From Podarcis cretensis (Eukaryota), in assembly GCA_951804945.1 (NCBI GenBank), contig OX638152.1:51584001-51648000 (forward strand): a stretch of DNA of 64,000 nucleotides. The letters run 5' to 3'. Below, in pieces: positions 26,571 to 40,603 of the stretch. Position 1 is the first letter of the stretch. Every line of letters begins with the position of its first letter. The position numbers and the translations under genes were made by a program. The notes beneath the pieces are model-generated. The model made no database searches and was not told where the DNA came from. It saw only the letters and a list, made by a program, of their open reading frames with translations.

Positions 26571-28906
26571 TATTTGAAATAAACGAAAGGTGATTGTTAA
26601 TCTAATGAAATCAAGAGGCTTATATTTGACATTTCAGTTTCTGGTCTGTGTTGTTTGGGATATAAATTAGGAGAAAAATACATGCATTTTGTTTTCCTAA
26701 AAAGGAGGAGCATGAGGCCTGTTTGCTCTCTTGAGAGCTTGAACATAAAGTAGACTGTCTTGCAAAGCAAAACCTTTAACTAGAGTCTATGAAAGCCGAT
26801 TTTAGGTGATGACTGGTACTTTAGAGGATACAGATTTAAACAAAACAGAAAAGACTCCAGCTCTTTGCAACAGTGGATTCAATTTTCTCAGGGAAAGATT
26901 CCAGCAGGGCAGGGAAGCCATTACATGGATCATCTTCTTTCATCCCCTTGCATAAACTTAATACTCTGAGATTGCAGCTTTTAAGATTATTTTAGTAATT
27001 TCCATTTTTCAATGTCATGCAGCATTTCTTTGAGGAAGAATTTCTTCTGTGAGCTTGCACTAAATTGAGTTTAAGATTTTACAATAATACCACACATTTC
27101 ACTTACTCATTCCATTTTGATTCATTAAGGGTGCTTAAGGAAAATGTTGTCTAGCTTTAGATAATATATTGGGGTTGGGTTTTTTTTGTATTTTGTGTTC
27201 TCATGTAGCATGTTTATGTCATGAACCACCATGTGATCTTTGGATGTGGGGTGATATACAAATTTAGCAAATAAAATAAACAATTTGGGATGTTTGCTTT
27301 GGGATCATCAGTACACTGTAGCTATTCAGAAAGAAGACTGAACCCTATAACCACAGAGCAAGCTTGGTAAGTTGTGAAAGGTAATATCAATTCATTTTGC
27401 TTATCAACCAATATGTTGATCAACTCTAGCTCTAAAATTCTAAGCAACACACTGCTCACCACAAGCCCCCCCCCCATTATGTACCAGTGCCATTGTATCT
27501 GGTGGGCAGGTATTTGAGGTCCCCTTGGCTGTGGGGGGTCCAGACTTGGGCCCTGGAAACCACTCCAACTGGACCACTGCTTAGGAGGAAGGACAGTGTG
27601 AGCTAACCAGCCCATGTGTTTATTGTTTCAGAGAGCTAGATATCAAAGTATGCACTCTCTAGCAAAGAAAACCTGTTCTCCATTTTTAATAGGTGTGAAT
27701 CCCAATTGAGGAATTAAAGTGACAAAACATTCAGAAGCATTAAATCTTCCTAAATAAAGGCATACTTTCCCATTATCTAGGTTCAGTGTTTTACCTTCTG
27801 TTCAACTCCAATAAAGATTTCAGGGTATCCCTTTGGATTATGTTTATGTCCTAGCAGGATTGAAAATGCTGTGTCTGACATGCATTGGCAGTTTTACACA
27901 GAGAATAGATAAAACTTATTGCTAGATTTAAGGAAATTATTGCATGAGTTAATTGGATGTTTTATTTCTATCAATGACAGGTATCAGTCCTTATGTGTAA
28001 GTACACAAGTGTGCAAGTAAGCATGCGCTATTGTATTATACTACTGGGTATACTTGTAAATAAACATGTGTAACTGTATTATAGATAAGCTACGTGAATG
28101 TCATTGCCCTCTGAAATTATACACACATCTGGCTATCTGACATCTGGTCAGGCAACCAAGCAAGTTGTGTCATAGAAGGGAGCAAACATATGGTAATCTA
28201 GAAAATAGCCCATAAAGAGAAGGCAGCAGCATCTCCCTTGGGGGATGCATGACAAAGGAAATAGCATCTGATTTCTTTTTTCAAGATCAATTTATATTTC
28301 CAAACTGAAACACAGATCCTAGTTACTCCTGAGAACAAACACTTAAGAAATATTTAGTGCTAAGTTCTGACTACAAAGTTTGCTTTAATGGTTTCATTAT
28401 TACCTGCCGATGCGGCAGAGTGAATACTTTCCACAGCCACAAGTCAATAACAATAATTCCATATATTTTAATGAGGAGCTTTTGTGATCTTGGCAGATAT
28501 TTGCTTAAGACTTCAGAGTGTTACATTGACTATCTCATAATTTTTAAGAGCTCAGAGACAATTTTATTTTAGTCTTTGCTTCTGAAACAGAAGGCCAGAC
28601 TTCATATTTTCCGTAAGGCAATTAAGCAGTCATTCCAGTCATAGCTGCTAGACCAAGGAATTACGAAATGCATACTATAAAGTTGGTGAGAATTAAAGAA
28701 ACTGTTTCTATGTGCTCAAATGCCTGCTATTAGCAGCTATCAAACTGGGACTGCAGATGGCAAAAGTTTCCTTTGATATTTTTTTCCCTACGTGAAAGTA
28801 GGTCTCCTGGTCTTAAAAATATAAAAGTCAGTTCAAAGTTATTAAGGTTAACAAGAGACGTTTAGCTGAATGCAAACTCAGAAAGATTTATTACCACTTT
28901 TAACCA

Positions 28907-29045
28907 AGAGGTCAGGAGCCTGTGACCCTTCAAGTGTTACTGGACTCCAACTCCCATAAGACCCAGCTGCCATTGTCAATATTCAGGGGTGATGGGAGTT
29001 GTAGTTCATAAACATCTGGAGGGCCATTGGTTCACCATCTTCTTT
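28907..29045. mobile_element. hAT-type MITE, degraded (family of 51169-51300)
   Basis: GGACTCCAACTCCCAT ... ATGGGAGTTGTAGTTC internal palindrome shared with 51169-51300, 20160-20280 and 46903-47023. Confidence 0.7.
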
Positions 29046-29074
29046 TTAACTTCTCCCTCTGTCATAGAGCTTAA

Positions 29075-29258
29075 GAAGCTGTTTGATACCAGGTCACACC
29101 CATGAAGGCAAGTATTGCCTATGCTGATCAACAGAAGTTCTGCAGCCTGTGACACAAAGGTCTTTCTACCTGATCCTTCTTTTTAAAAATACTGGAGATG
29201 CTATCGATTGAACTTGGGACCTGCATATGCCCCATCGCTGAGCTATGGTCCTTCCCAT
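29075..29258 (-). mobile_element. tRNA-derived SINE, degraded
   Basis: Minus-strand head GGGAAGGACCATAGCTCAG...GGTCCCAAGTTCAATC; related copy at 38490-38665. Confidence 0.65.
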
Positions 29259-32200
29259 TGTTACATTAATCATATGTGGTACCTGCCCCCCTCCCCCCAT
29301 TGTCAACTGATTAGGAGGGGGGGTGCAGGCAAACGGTCTACCTAGTCATTCTTACCTTTGAACCAGTTGCCAGACATTTCTGTTTCTGTTTCTGAAACAC
29401 TTTCCTCCCACCGGGATCTTTGCTACACTGGAAATTCCATATACCGGTATGTGCCATGGCACAAGGAATACACAGTTTGCTGGACTGAAATCCAGTAGTG
29501 TCCAATGTGCTAACTCTGACCTCATCACCACCCTGCCTTCCCTTAGCTCTTCCCTGTTAAGCTGTAGCATTGCTGGTTCTGGGTGAGGCAGATGATCTGT
29601 GGCTCTAACTCACCACACCAGCCATTCCTCCAAGAGGCTTGTGATGAGTTGGCACTGAGATATAGGAGACGGGGGGGTTGGCACAGAGACTGCTTTCGTT
29701 GTTTTGGATCATTGTGTTCTGGAGCTAGACAGGGCAGCAAGACGGTGTTGACTGTCTTTGTCCTCTCAGCTTGACAGGTTATGTTGGCTTTCTATCCGCC
29801 TATTGAACAGGCCTTGTTATGGCATTTGCAGTAAAAAAAAAAAAATTTTTTTTAATAAATGGGGAAAGTGTTACAAGACAAAAAAGCCACAAAACCCTAG
29901 TTAAAAAGCAAAACAGCAGCCCTTCACCACCCATTTGGGTATAATTCTCTATTTTGTGCTACGAAAAAGATATATATCCTTAGTGACCAACAGTACAATG
30001 TTTCAATCACAGGATAATGTACAGCCCACATATTTGTGTTCTGATTTTTTATGGCAGCTCTTTTCTAAGGGTGACAAGGGAGGCATGGTTTTGCTAAATT
30101 TGGGGGGGGGGTATGGAGAAGAGGCTAGTGGATTTTATTAAGGCTCCAGATCCTCCCCACTCTCAAATTCAAGTCCTGCCACTGATGATGTCTAGCAGGT
30201 TCACATCAAATATTGTTAACAATCTCCCTACCCTTCTATTGCCAAAGGCATTCAATGTACTTTTAAGCAACGTGGAAAAATCAAGCTTTTAATTTATGTT
30301 TAATGGTGCATGGAAGTAATTGAAGGCCTAGTTCTATTTGATTGTCAGAACATTAAGGCAATGCAATCATAGTGGTCTGAAGAACAGGTAAGTTAACATT
30401 TTGAGCCAAGGTTGTCACCAGCAATAATTTTCTTGTTCCACCAGGATGATTTGCAGAGGATTTCAATACCCTTTTCTTTCTAAATGCCCATTTAGGGGAA
30501 TTTAAACCTGGTGAGACCAAACATAAGCATGGATCGGAAGTCAGTATCTTAAATAATGTTTATTAAAGATCCTGCATTTTCCCAGAGAAAGGTAGATGGA
30601 AGAGCTTTGCTGCATCATCTCTCTCCATAAAGTCCTTACCAACTCTAGCTACAGAAATTCTTCATGTTTCTGTGCAGAGAGTCATTGCCTCTCCTTTCCC
30701 TTCAAGAGCCTTGTGATGCTGGATTTAGTATGTGCAGAACATCTACAGAAAAGGATGGCATACGAAGATGAATTGGCACTGGCAAAAATGGGAAAGGCAT
30801 ATAGGGCATGTAGAGGGGGTGCTTACCTTTCAACTCTAGTCTACAGGCTGGGGGCAGACCAGAGTGAAGCCTGCACCAGTCCACTCCCAAGCCCCGCCCA
30901 CTCACCCCAGCCGGATGAGCCAGGATTCAAATAGTTGGATGGTAGGAAAGCCTGCCAATCCAAGCTGCCGGCCTGGGGGTTCCCCAGCTGCTGTCCGCCT
31001 AGCCCCAGCATTGCTCCCTTGGTATCTGAACCTGCCACAATGAGCTGCAACAGCCGCTCACCCCATGACTGGGTAAACAGCCATTGTAGTTCACACAAAA
31101 ATCAGTATCTGGGCGATGACGCTTTGGACTGATTTAGAATTTGTAGTTCACAAGTAAAGCCTACGGGCAGTTTATGGACAGTTCTAACAAATGAATTACT
31201 TTAAGTGTACACTTGAGAAGAATTTGCAAATATTATTCTCTCTCTGACAGCAAAACTATTTGGAAGGATGCCACATGTCCTAAATCCAAAAATACTTTCT
31301 ATTGATCTTATTTTGGTATTAACTTTAGAGCTTCATACTTCTTAAAATAAATATATTGAACATTTGTTTGACAAAAATCTCTAATTGGCTCCAAGTCATT
31401 TTAAAAACCTGTTTGGTTCCAAAGCAGAAGTTTACCTTGGAAATTATTGTGGTTATTTTGATGACTATTCTACTGGAAGATCTATTTGTTGTATGTCCAA
31501 AAGAAGCTAACTCAATGAAGTTGTTTGTGTGTGCATGGATGTAGGGAAATGAAGTATACCACTTTATGTAGCAGGAACAGTTTTCTCCACTGAGGTGTTG
31601 ATTTGAATGAGAGGGCTTGGTTTCAATGCAGCCCCTGATCTACTCTTGACATACATCTAAGAAGCATTTCTCTCTCTCCATCATCCAAGCACTGATGGTA
31701 GAGGACCAGCATCAGCAGTCCTTTGTGCACCAGCAGGGATGGGGCTTCTATTGAAGAGATGGGAAAATGTGTGTCACACTGATTTTGTGCTAAAGGGGTC
31801 TACCCAGCTCTGTTGGAATATCAGTTTAACACAGCAATCGTATGCACACATAGGTTTCAAGGCTGGTTTATAGATATTCCCTTTTTTACCATTACACATA
31901 ATAAGTCATCCTAGTATCTTGCACCATGTGAATGCCAATTTTCATATTTCTATAAGTTAGAGAAATAGTAATAATTTTAATACCTGCCCTCTGAGTGAGT
32001 CAGCAGGTGAGCAGCTTTATATGTATAGTTTTACTTCAGGGTAAGACAGTATCTAGCTTTACACAACTTAATATTTTACTTCTCCACAAAGGTGGAGGAG
32101 CAGAATGGCCAGTTACAGGTCTATTTTTGGTGTGCCTCCAGGTGGGCTTTCCGAAATGATCTTGTAGGTGGTTTGTAATTCCATCTCTGGAAACATGTGA

Positions 32201-32532
32201 AAAACATTTTCTTGTTTATGCAACTTATCTGTGCATTTACAATGTCATTTCAAAAAGGCATTCTCTGAGTGCCAAAGGTTATGTCAAAATAAATGTTTTT
32301 TGTCCTACTTTTTCAGACAAACTTAAAGCCATTGTAACTAACTGATGTGCTTAGCATCAATCAGGATCACACACAAAACAGAAGCAGAAATTAAATTTTC
32401 ACTTACATTTCCAAAAATCCCCTCACACCTGCTATTTAAACAGTAGACCATTCAGTTTTGCTTATTGTGTTTACTATCTGCATCTTGGTCTTAAAGAGAA
32501 GACTATTTGACTATGTGATTTGTTAAATCATA

Positions 32533-33220
32533 GGAGGTATTTGGGGAGGGAGATACATTGTCATCCTTCTAAGGTAGTTTGTCCGCCTTTGGGCCACACC
32601 CTGTTCTCAGATTTCCGGGAAGCTGTCAGCATGCAAAAATGGCCAAACCCTAGAAATGGCTTCAACTGGCTGGCTAAACCAGGTGAGGGTAGCCTCTGGG
32701 TCTCAAAGTCTCAGTGAGTTAGGGGCTTTCCCTGCATGAGAAGAGATCTCCAGTGGATTGAGCGGATGAGACCAATGGTGGGTCCAACAGTCAAGGAGGC
32801 AGTTTCTGCACATGCTGTAAAGGAAAGTGAGGGGCAGATGGCTTGGTCAACCTGAGAAAGCAGCTCATCCAGGAGAAGGAAAACTCTGATCCTAAACCCC
32901 AGCTGCCTTGCAGGATATCTCTGGGAGAAAAAAAGGATAAAGAATAAACAAATCTGGATTGGTGTCCCCAAGATGGTTGGATGGCGCCTTGTACACCTCC
33001 TTCCAGCAACTCTTGCAGCCAGGCTGGTGCCCAACATATTACTCTGCTTTCCTTTGTACCACATCAGCAAGACTGATGTGTCTTGTCATCTGGGCAGTTC
33101 AGACCTTCCATACATAATGCCCAGGCTTGTGCCCCACTTTGGTGCTGCTAATGCAGCAATTTGACTTGACCCTGGGGGCACACTCCACTGTCTCTTGAGA
33201 TAGATGGATGTCAATAACAA
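32533..33220 (+). mobile_element. Non-autonomous RTE-derived element (5' UTR plus 3' end, no ORF)
   Basis: RTE-like 5'UTR motif CAGCTCATCCAGGAGAAGGAAAACTCTG; RTE-like 3' end TGTCTCTTGAGATAGATGGATGTCAATAACAA; family assignment is from recalled resemblance, not a search. Confidence 0.55.
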
Positions 33221-34848
33221 TTGAGCAAGGACTACAGTAGAAGCCTATTGTCTTGCACCTGACCAAATAATATCTATTAATGCTTTGGAAAATATGGACA
33301 ACCAGAGATTGAAAACAAAGGGAAGAATTCAAAGTCACACTAATTTAAAATTGCTTAGCAGTGTATTAGTTGCACTAGTGGATGACTATGCGCAAGAGAA
33401 ACCACAGGAAGCCACTGTGGTTCTCATCACCAGTTGTCCAACAGCTTGCTTCTGTGGTCCCAGTACTTCCTGTTGCACAAGGTCCCATTAGCGCAACAGT
33501 TGTGCTGCATTTCATATTTCACAACCTTTATTTGTCCTTATGCTAGAGCAAAAGCCCTTGCACTGGTGACCCAAAAACATTGAATCCTGGCCAAATCTTT
33601 TATCTTAATGCTAGTATGAACTAGGTTTTCATTATCTGGGTTTTCTGTTCGTTTTGTTTTTTACAAAGATCTTGGCTATCTTCTTACCGCTTCCTCTGAG
33701 AGATGACCTTCCCTTTATTCACAGCTTCACAAGCTGTATTCCTGATTCAGTCAGACCCAGCTTAAACAGGCAAAAGACAAAATACCCATGCCCCCCTCCC
33801 CCCACCAATGTTCTTTCAATTGTTATAACCCGAAGGCAGAAGAAACATTAAAAAGTACTTTCAAGGGCAGCATCATGTGGTCAGCATCATTTGTATCCAC
33901 CAGTCAGTAGAATGATGTTTTATCTCATGGCCATTAATAAAATATTACCAACTCTATATCCTGTGCATATTTAGTATTTCGTGAATCTACATTTACAAGT
34001 TTGGCTTTTAGGAGTGATTGTCATATGTGCATAGCAATATGCAAAAATAACAAAGATGCTTACTTTTAAAAATCCCAACTTGAAAAACACTGGGAAAACA
34101 TAAATGACATAGATAGTGGAGGCATATGTATCTGCATATGGGGCAGTGTTAGCTAAATATGAAAGGAGGGGGATCATGAAAACTGGCAGTTAACTGGGAT
34201 GCTAGGACATAAAGCAGGATTAGCGCAAAGCAGTACCCTGACAACTTATTCTCCTTGTGATTTATAAAGTCTGGCAGGAATTAAGAAAAACATAGGGCAC
34301 TCCCAGGGCTGTTGCTAATTGTGGTTGGGATTCAATCACATATTGGCAAATTCAGATGGCACAATTAAATTGGGAGGTGTTGTGCAAAAAGCCAATTGCC
34401 CTCAAAGACTGGACTTTTTGCAATGTGGCAAGGAAATGCCCTGAAATTGTGCCATGACACTTGCTTTTATGCATCGTCATCTAAGTTCCCCACAAACATT
34501 TATTTATATTAATTAAATTTGTATACCGCCTTTCATCCTCAGGTCTCAGGGCGGTTCTCAACAAAAAATTACAATATAAATATGAAAAATTACATAGTAA
34601 ATAAGAACAGGAGGAGTCGTCACAGGCAAGAGAGATGAAGTAAAGAATCAACAAGCTGACAGACTTCATACATGACTGATTCGCTGGCATCCTTGTCTGT
34701 CAGTTTAAATTATGTAACCAGGAAGCATGAAGTAATCAACTGTGGAGGTTAGTGTATTAGCATGAATGGGGTAGTCTGTTAGATGTGCATAGACCCCTTT
34801 TTCACCAGTGCTGAATGCCTAGAATATCGGGGGCAGGGCCATCAGATG

Positions 34849-34994
34849 CAGTGGCGTAGCGTGGGGGGTGCAGGGGGGCCGGCCGCACCGGGCGCAACAT
34901 CTGGGGGTTAGGGTTAGGGGGCACAAATCCACGGGTTAGGGGGCGCAAATTACTTGCCTTGCCCCGGGTGCTGACAACCCACGCTACGCCACTG
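34849..34994. mobile_element. Young hAT MITE
   Basis: Perfect 17-bp TIR CAGTGGCGTAGCGTGGG; perfect 8-bp TSD ATCAGATG (34841-34848, 34995-35002). Confidence 0.95.
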
Positions 34995-37511
34995 ATCAGA
35001 TGCAACCTCACTTCAGCTCCATGTATTATGTGTGGCAGGGAAATGTGCATGCATGACATCACAGTTTCAATTCAGTCTGGTTTCTTACAAGTGGATGTGT
35101 GTGAAGGGACAAGCCTCAGGCTTCCACTATATCTCCAATTACACATAAGCCCAGCTGACACAATCTGTGTGCTGCAAAAAAGGGACAGGGGGTTCACATG
35201 GGTGGCATCTAACTCCATATGCCACAGTAGTTCATACTCGAGGTTCTGGGCATCCTAAGAGAAGGTGCATGAGCATAAAGTACACTGCCTTGCTCCACCA
35301 TATGGAAAATCTAGACACTGGAACCATTTATGAATCAAGACTCATTGTGCCAATCTGGGTGTCATGCCCAGGTGGATGGCCTAAAACAAGCTCTACACAG
35401 ATTTGGATTTTTAAAAAATATTTAAAGCTGAGATTCTGTGCTTTAGATTCTGAGATCTAAAGCTTCTCCGAATCTAAAGTGCAGAAGTTCAGCAAAGACA
35501 CTAATCGAAAACTGTTCTTTGCCCACACGCAAAGAGGGAGCATACTTATAGAGGGAAAACATTAAATGTTCCATAATCCCCAGTTCTTCTTTAGAAAGTA
35601 TAATGGCTGAAATCATTTCTGTTCCCTTTTCACATTTACATTTCTCTGGCGAGAAGGATGGAAAACAGCAACAACTATGTACTCAAGTTTCCTCATACCA
35701 AGCAGCCATCGTAATATGGCAATGAAAGTGACAGGTTGTAAGCACTGACTGGAGCATTTGAAATGGCATGCTGCCTTATCCCCTGAAAGCATGATAAGAT
35801 ACTGTTCTAAATAAGCAGCCAGTCCCACATTGTGCTAATGCAATATTAATTATTAGAGAGGCATAATAAAGGAAATTCAAGTCGTATTATTAAGGCTTTC
35901 CTGCATCACAGCTGAGAAGACAGAGGGCGGCTTCTAAACAAACAGATTATGTGGCCCAGGGCAGAGCTCAGCAAGCAATCTGCAATTATGTCTGCTCACA
36001 AGAGTGCTGTATTGAGTTATTGTGGGCAGTCCCAAAGGGAAAGGCTCTAGTGGCATAATGATTATTACAGATGCATTATTAAATATCCACATTTTGTTCA
36101 TTTGATCAAGGTGCCAACGGTATACTTCCATTTCTATTCTGCAATTAATATGTGTTGCATGAAAGAAATGGCAGATGAAATGTACAATTCCTTTCAAAAG
36201 CCGAGACAAATAACCATGAATGGGGAAAGACTAAACATAACTAAAAGTATTAAGCTTTTTCTGTTTTGAATGTGTACATTGACTAAGTGCTACCTGAATA
36301 GATCAATAAAGATTATTTTTTTATGAAAAAAAAATTGAGGGGTATTTGAAAGACACTTTGTTAATGTTTTAATGGACCACGGCTTTAGCATATAGCAAGG
36401 TATAAAAACAGATTGTGAAAGAAAATGTTGCAGATTTATTTGCAGGTAATGAAGAGCTCTGAAGAGTTTTGTGTGTGCAGTTAAAACAGAGCAACAAGGA
36501 TGTAAAAAAATTAAAAGGAAACTTAACTTTTTTAAAAAAAAATCTATGTTGCTGTGCTTTAACATAATTAAAATAAGAATTTAGTGCTCATCAATACTCC
36601 ACAGGTGACAGTCTCACTTCTTGAAAAGCCTATGGACCTAGAAATATACCTGATTGGTTTTGGTGTGTATGTGTTAATTGACATCATGCTTTGATTTAGG
36701 AGATGACCAACATACCACACCAGATCACCCCAGTTGGCCTTATTCAGCTCCCATACAGAGCTGAATCAAATCCCTAGGTTCTACTAGCAGAGGAAGCCTG
36801 GAGACTGGTTGTACTTAAAGTTAATTCTTTCTGCCTGAATGCAACACAGGAGTTCTCCTCTTCCTCGCCCTGTAAATAAGCCACAAAGTGACAGAATGCA
36901 AACCTCACTTTTAGAATGCTGTATTCAGTAAGCTTTGGGCTGCTTTGGTCTGGTTGCCTTGGAGGTAAGACAAAATAAAATAAAATATTCACATATGATT
37001 CGTCCATATTGTAAATGACATGACAGGGTGTCCATTAGGAAATCAAAGGTATAAATATACACATCTTACACCCTGGAGAGATGTCAGTGTCCCAGCTTCC
37101 CATCATAGCATTATTTTGAAGTCTCAATTTAAAAGCGGACACCATCATGGACCCATTCCAGCCATTTTTTTATAACAAAAGATTTTTGAAAAACTTTATT
37201 CTTTTCCAGATCCTGTTTAATCTTGGCTATTATCATATGCTGCAAGTGTCCCAGAAAAACTAGGATATCCCCCTTTTTTTTATAGTGAGAGAATGGTGGC
37301 CACTGGTTTTGCAGGCAGCAAAACCAACACAGCAGCAATGGGAGGATTCTCATTTCTTCCTCCCCCACCTCCACATTTTCAAAAAGTTTCTCAAGCAGGT
37401 TCCTGCTGACTGTTCCATGTAGCCGGCAGGCAACAAAATGGGTGACAGACAATTCTTGCATTTCTTTCACTACTTCCACAATGGGTATCATTGGGCCACT
37501 TACTACGGTAT

Positions 37512-37612
37512 ATCTCAGCCTAAGCCTACCTCACAGGATTGTTTTGAGGATAGAAATGGATCCAGGGGAGACCTATGTACTCCTAGGACTGGATAGAAAT
37601 GTTATAAGCAAA
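37512..37612 (+). mobile_element. MIR-like CORE SINE fragment
   Basis: CTCAGCCTAAGCCTACCTCACAGGATTGTTTTGAGGATAGAAATGG resembles 14315-14360. Confidence 0.6.
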
Positions 37613-38489
37613 CAGACAACTTCTGTGGCTATATATTTTGCTCTTGGACCTGTCTTGCTGTCCCCAGTCATTCCCCAAGCTCTGGAACCTTATGGGCTAT
37701 CTGCAAGTGCTGTAAAAGACTTTCGTAAAAAAAGAAGGGAGCTTAAAGTATCAAGGTGCCTTATAAACTCAAGATCTCTTAAGATATGTTGTGCCTCTGT
37801 GCATGTTCTTACAGTCTATATTTACTTCCATTTGTTAAGGATCTAACCCCATGGTGACTATTAAAGGGCTTCCTAAAAGCCCAGAATCACATAAGGATTG
37901 CTTAGTCCTACCTCAAAGCAAATAACATAAAAAGGAGTGTGCTTTTTGACTGAATTTCCCCTAATGAATAGGACCCATAAAAAGGAATTATGGTCAATGT
38001 AAATTATTCATACTTCAGCAACTAAACGATGCAACCTCAAGTTATGGCTCCCATCCACCAGCAGCCATAAACAGCCATTTCAGTAAGATTGCAATGCATG
38101 TTTCTCACTGTCAATTAGAATATATATCATGCACAAAGCAATAGAATGTGACAAGAAGAGGCGATAAGGCACAGTAGCCACGAGGGAAATGCATAGTCAA
38201 GACAAGGCAGGATTGTGTTGTTGTTGTTTTTTACAGGACTCTTATCTACAAGCTGCTTGTTTTGAAACAGTGACCTCTGAGGGACGATGAAAAAAGGCAA
38301 AAGGAGAGCCACTCTGTCACTGCTTGTTAAACATATTTCTGAAGTGACTCAGAGTTTTATAACTGAACATAGTAAAACAATAACAACAACAATGAACTGA
38401 AGATTTGTCCCGTGTGGGGTTCTGAGGAAGGACTTTCTGTGTCATTGTCTTGTGCTGTAAAGCTAGATTGCTTATTATTTTGAACATGG

Positions 38490-38665
38490 TCAGATAGGAA
38501 CATTGGAATACAGAGCCAGACCATTGGTCCATCACATATTGTCCATGCTGACTGGCTCTCCAAGACTTCAGACAGGAGTCTCTCCTAGCCCTACCTGGTG
38601 ATACCAGGAATTGAACCAAGGACTTTCTGCATAAAAGTATCTACTCTATCACTGAGCTATGGCCC
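38490..38665 (-). mobile_element. tRNA-derived SINE with CR1-type tail
   Basis: Minus-strand head GGGCCATAGCTCAGTGATAGAG...GGTTCAATTCCTGG; tail TGTTCCTAT. Confidence 0.7.
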
Positions 38666-39196
38666 TCAAGGATTTCTTCCTTTACCATACTCTGATGCTG
38701 ATGGAAGGAAATACTGAAGTGATTTCAGGAGAGGGAACTTTGAATTCACTGAAGTCTACCTCACCAAAGATCCATTGCAGATTCTGTTAAAAATAATCAA
38801 CCTCTTGCCACACTATTTCCTTCCACAGTGCTGTGAGTGGAGAAGGGGAGTAGGCTGTATATCCAAGACCCTTCCAATTCCTGTATCCAGCAAGGACTCA
38901 TTTGCTAGAAAGGTCAGACAAGTTTCATGATAACAGCCCTCTAAGTATGGGCCTTTAAGGTAACAAAGGAAGTGGCTCTGTACCAGAGAACAAATGGGTA
39001 GTCCCCCCCTTCCTCAACTGTCTAGCAGTTAGAAAGATCAAGGTCACCAATTGTGACTTACACCAATGTTAACTGTGCTAGAACAACAACTCATAATAAC
39101 AGGCCATTATTTAGAAGAATGTGCATTGAAGAAAGATGAGCATAAATATTAAGAGTGCATAAAACATGAACATATATTATGATGATCTGAACATAT

Positions 39197-39555
39197 AAAC
39201 GGCTTCAGCCCTGTATACCCAAAAGAGCATCTCCACCTGCATTGTTCAGCCCAGACACTGAGGGCCTTCTGGCAGTTCCCTCACTGCGAGAAGAAGTTGC
39301 AGGGAACCAGACAGAGGACCTTCTCGGTAGTTGTGCCCACTGTCAGGAGCACCCTCCTGTTAGATGTTTATTTCCTTGACAACTGTCTGACTTTTAGAAG
39401 ACATCTGAAGACAGCCTTGTATAGGAAAGTTTTTCCATGTTTGATATTTTACTATGTTTGAAGTTTTAATTTGATGGAAGCTGCCCAGAGGGGCTGGGGC
39501 AACCCAGTAGGATGGGTGGAATAGTGATGATGATGATGATGATGATGACGATGAC
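39197..39555 (+). mobile_element. L2 3' fragment with (GAT)n tail
   Basis: Resembles 50790-51130. Confidence 0.85.
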
Positions 39556-40603
39556 AACAGTACATCTCTGTTCTTCATTCACCCACGGACCTTAGGGCCA
39601 TTGAATATTTAAAGTTATTTAAAAGAAATTATGTTATGTTTGCAATTTTACCTTCTGCTTCACACAAAAAACTGCCATCACTGAGCATACTTAGAGACAG
39701 ATTTTGTTTTTCAAAATGTTTGGAACTTTTAATGTTTCATTTATTTGTTTTTCTTTTTTACAGGTGTATAATTACCTTAAATATCACTTTATGATGAATG
39801 GATCATTAAATAATGATGGTTCAAGGAATTAACTTCCCTGGATTTTGCCTAACCCCTTTACCTTTCTTGCTAATCGTTACCAGATTGGTAAAGCCCCTCA
39901 AATGGGCCATTAGAGATTCAACAAATATCTTTTACTGGCTCCTAATGCGCTTTGGGTATAACAGGCACATTAGTAGCTAAATACAGGCGTGTGTAGCAAG
40001 TGGCTCACTCATTCTGAATGGAACTCCTGAGGAAGACCTTGAGAAGCATCTGGGGGGGGGAATGACCTTCATCACTGCTATTCAAAATAATCTGATCTGA
40101 ATCCAGCTGAACACATTCATCTGCCCACATAATATTAAAATACATTTGGAAGTCCTCCTACTTGCTCTTAATCTCCCAACCCTCCAGGACAAGATTTGCA
40201 CCTTCAGTGTTGCTTCAGAATACCAGATCAGTCTCTGACAGCTGCTGTATCAGGTCTTTGAAAGAGGGACTAGAATTCTCCACTGACAGATGACTGATGA
40301 AGAGAACTGCATGTTCTTTCCCTGTGGCTAGATAGTTTGGTGGTGGTTCATGGGAGAAAGGTGCAGGAGTAGAAGTAGAAAACAAGTCATTAGTCAAAAA
40401 GACCTACTACAGGCAGTAAAGGCAATAGCATCATTGGCAGATCAAGTATGAAGACCCAAGAACATTAGTGGCATCTGTAAATTCAATGCCAACTGGAAAT
40501 AGAGGCATTGTCCACAGCCAGATTAAAAGGCTAATTATGAATTGCAAGCCACAATGCCATCTTGTATTATTCTAGTTTAACAAGCAATACACCATAGGAT
40601 AGG

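Noticed and set aside
40215-40397. Possible minus-strand exon (branch point, pyrimidine tract, CAG, then KEHAVLFISHL...)
   Set aside because: Weak donor site, no recognisable protein and no partner exons.
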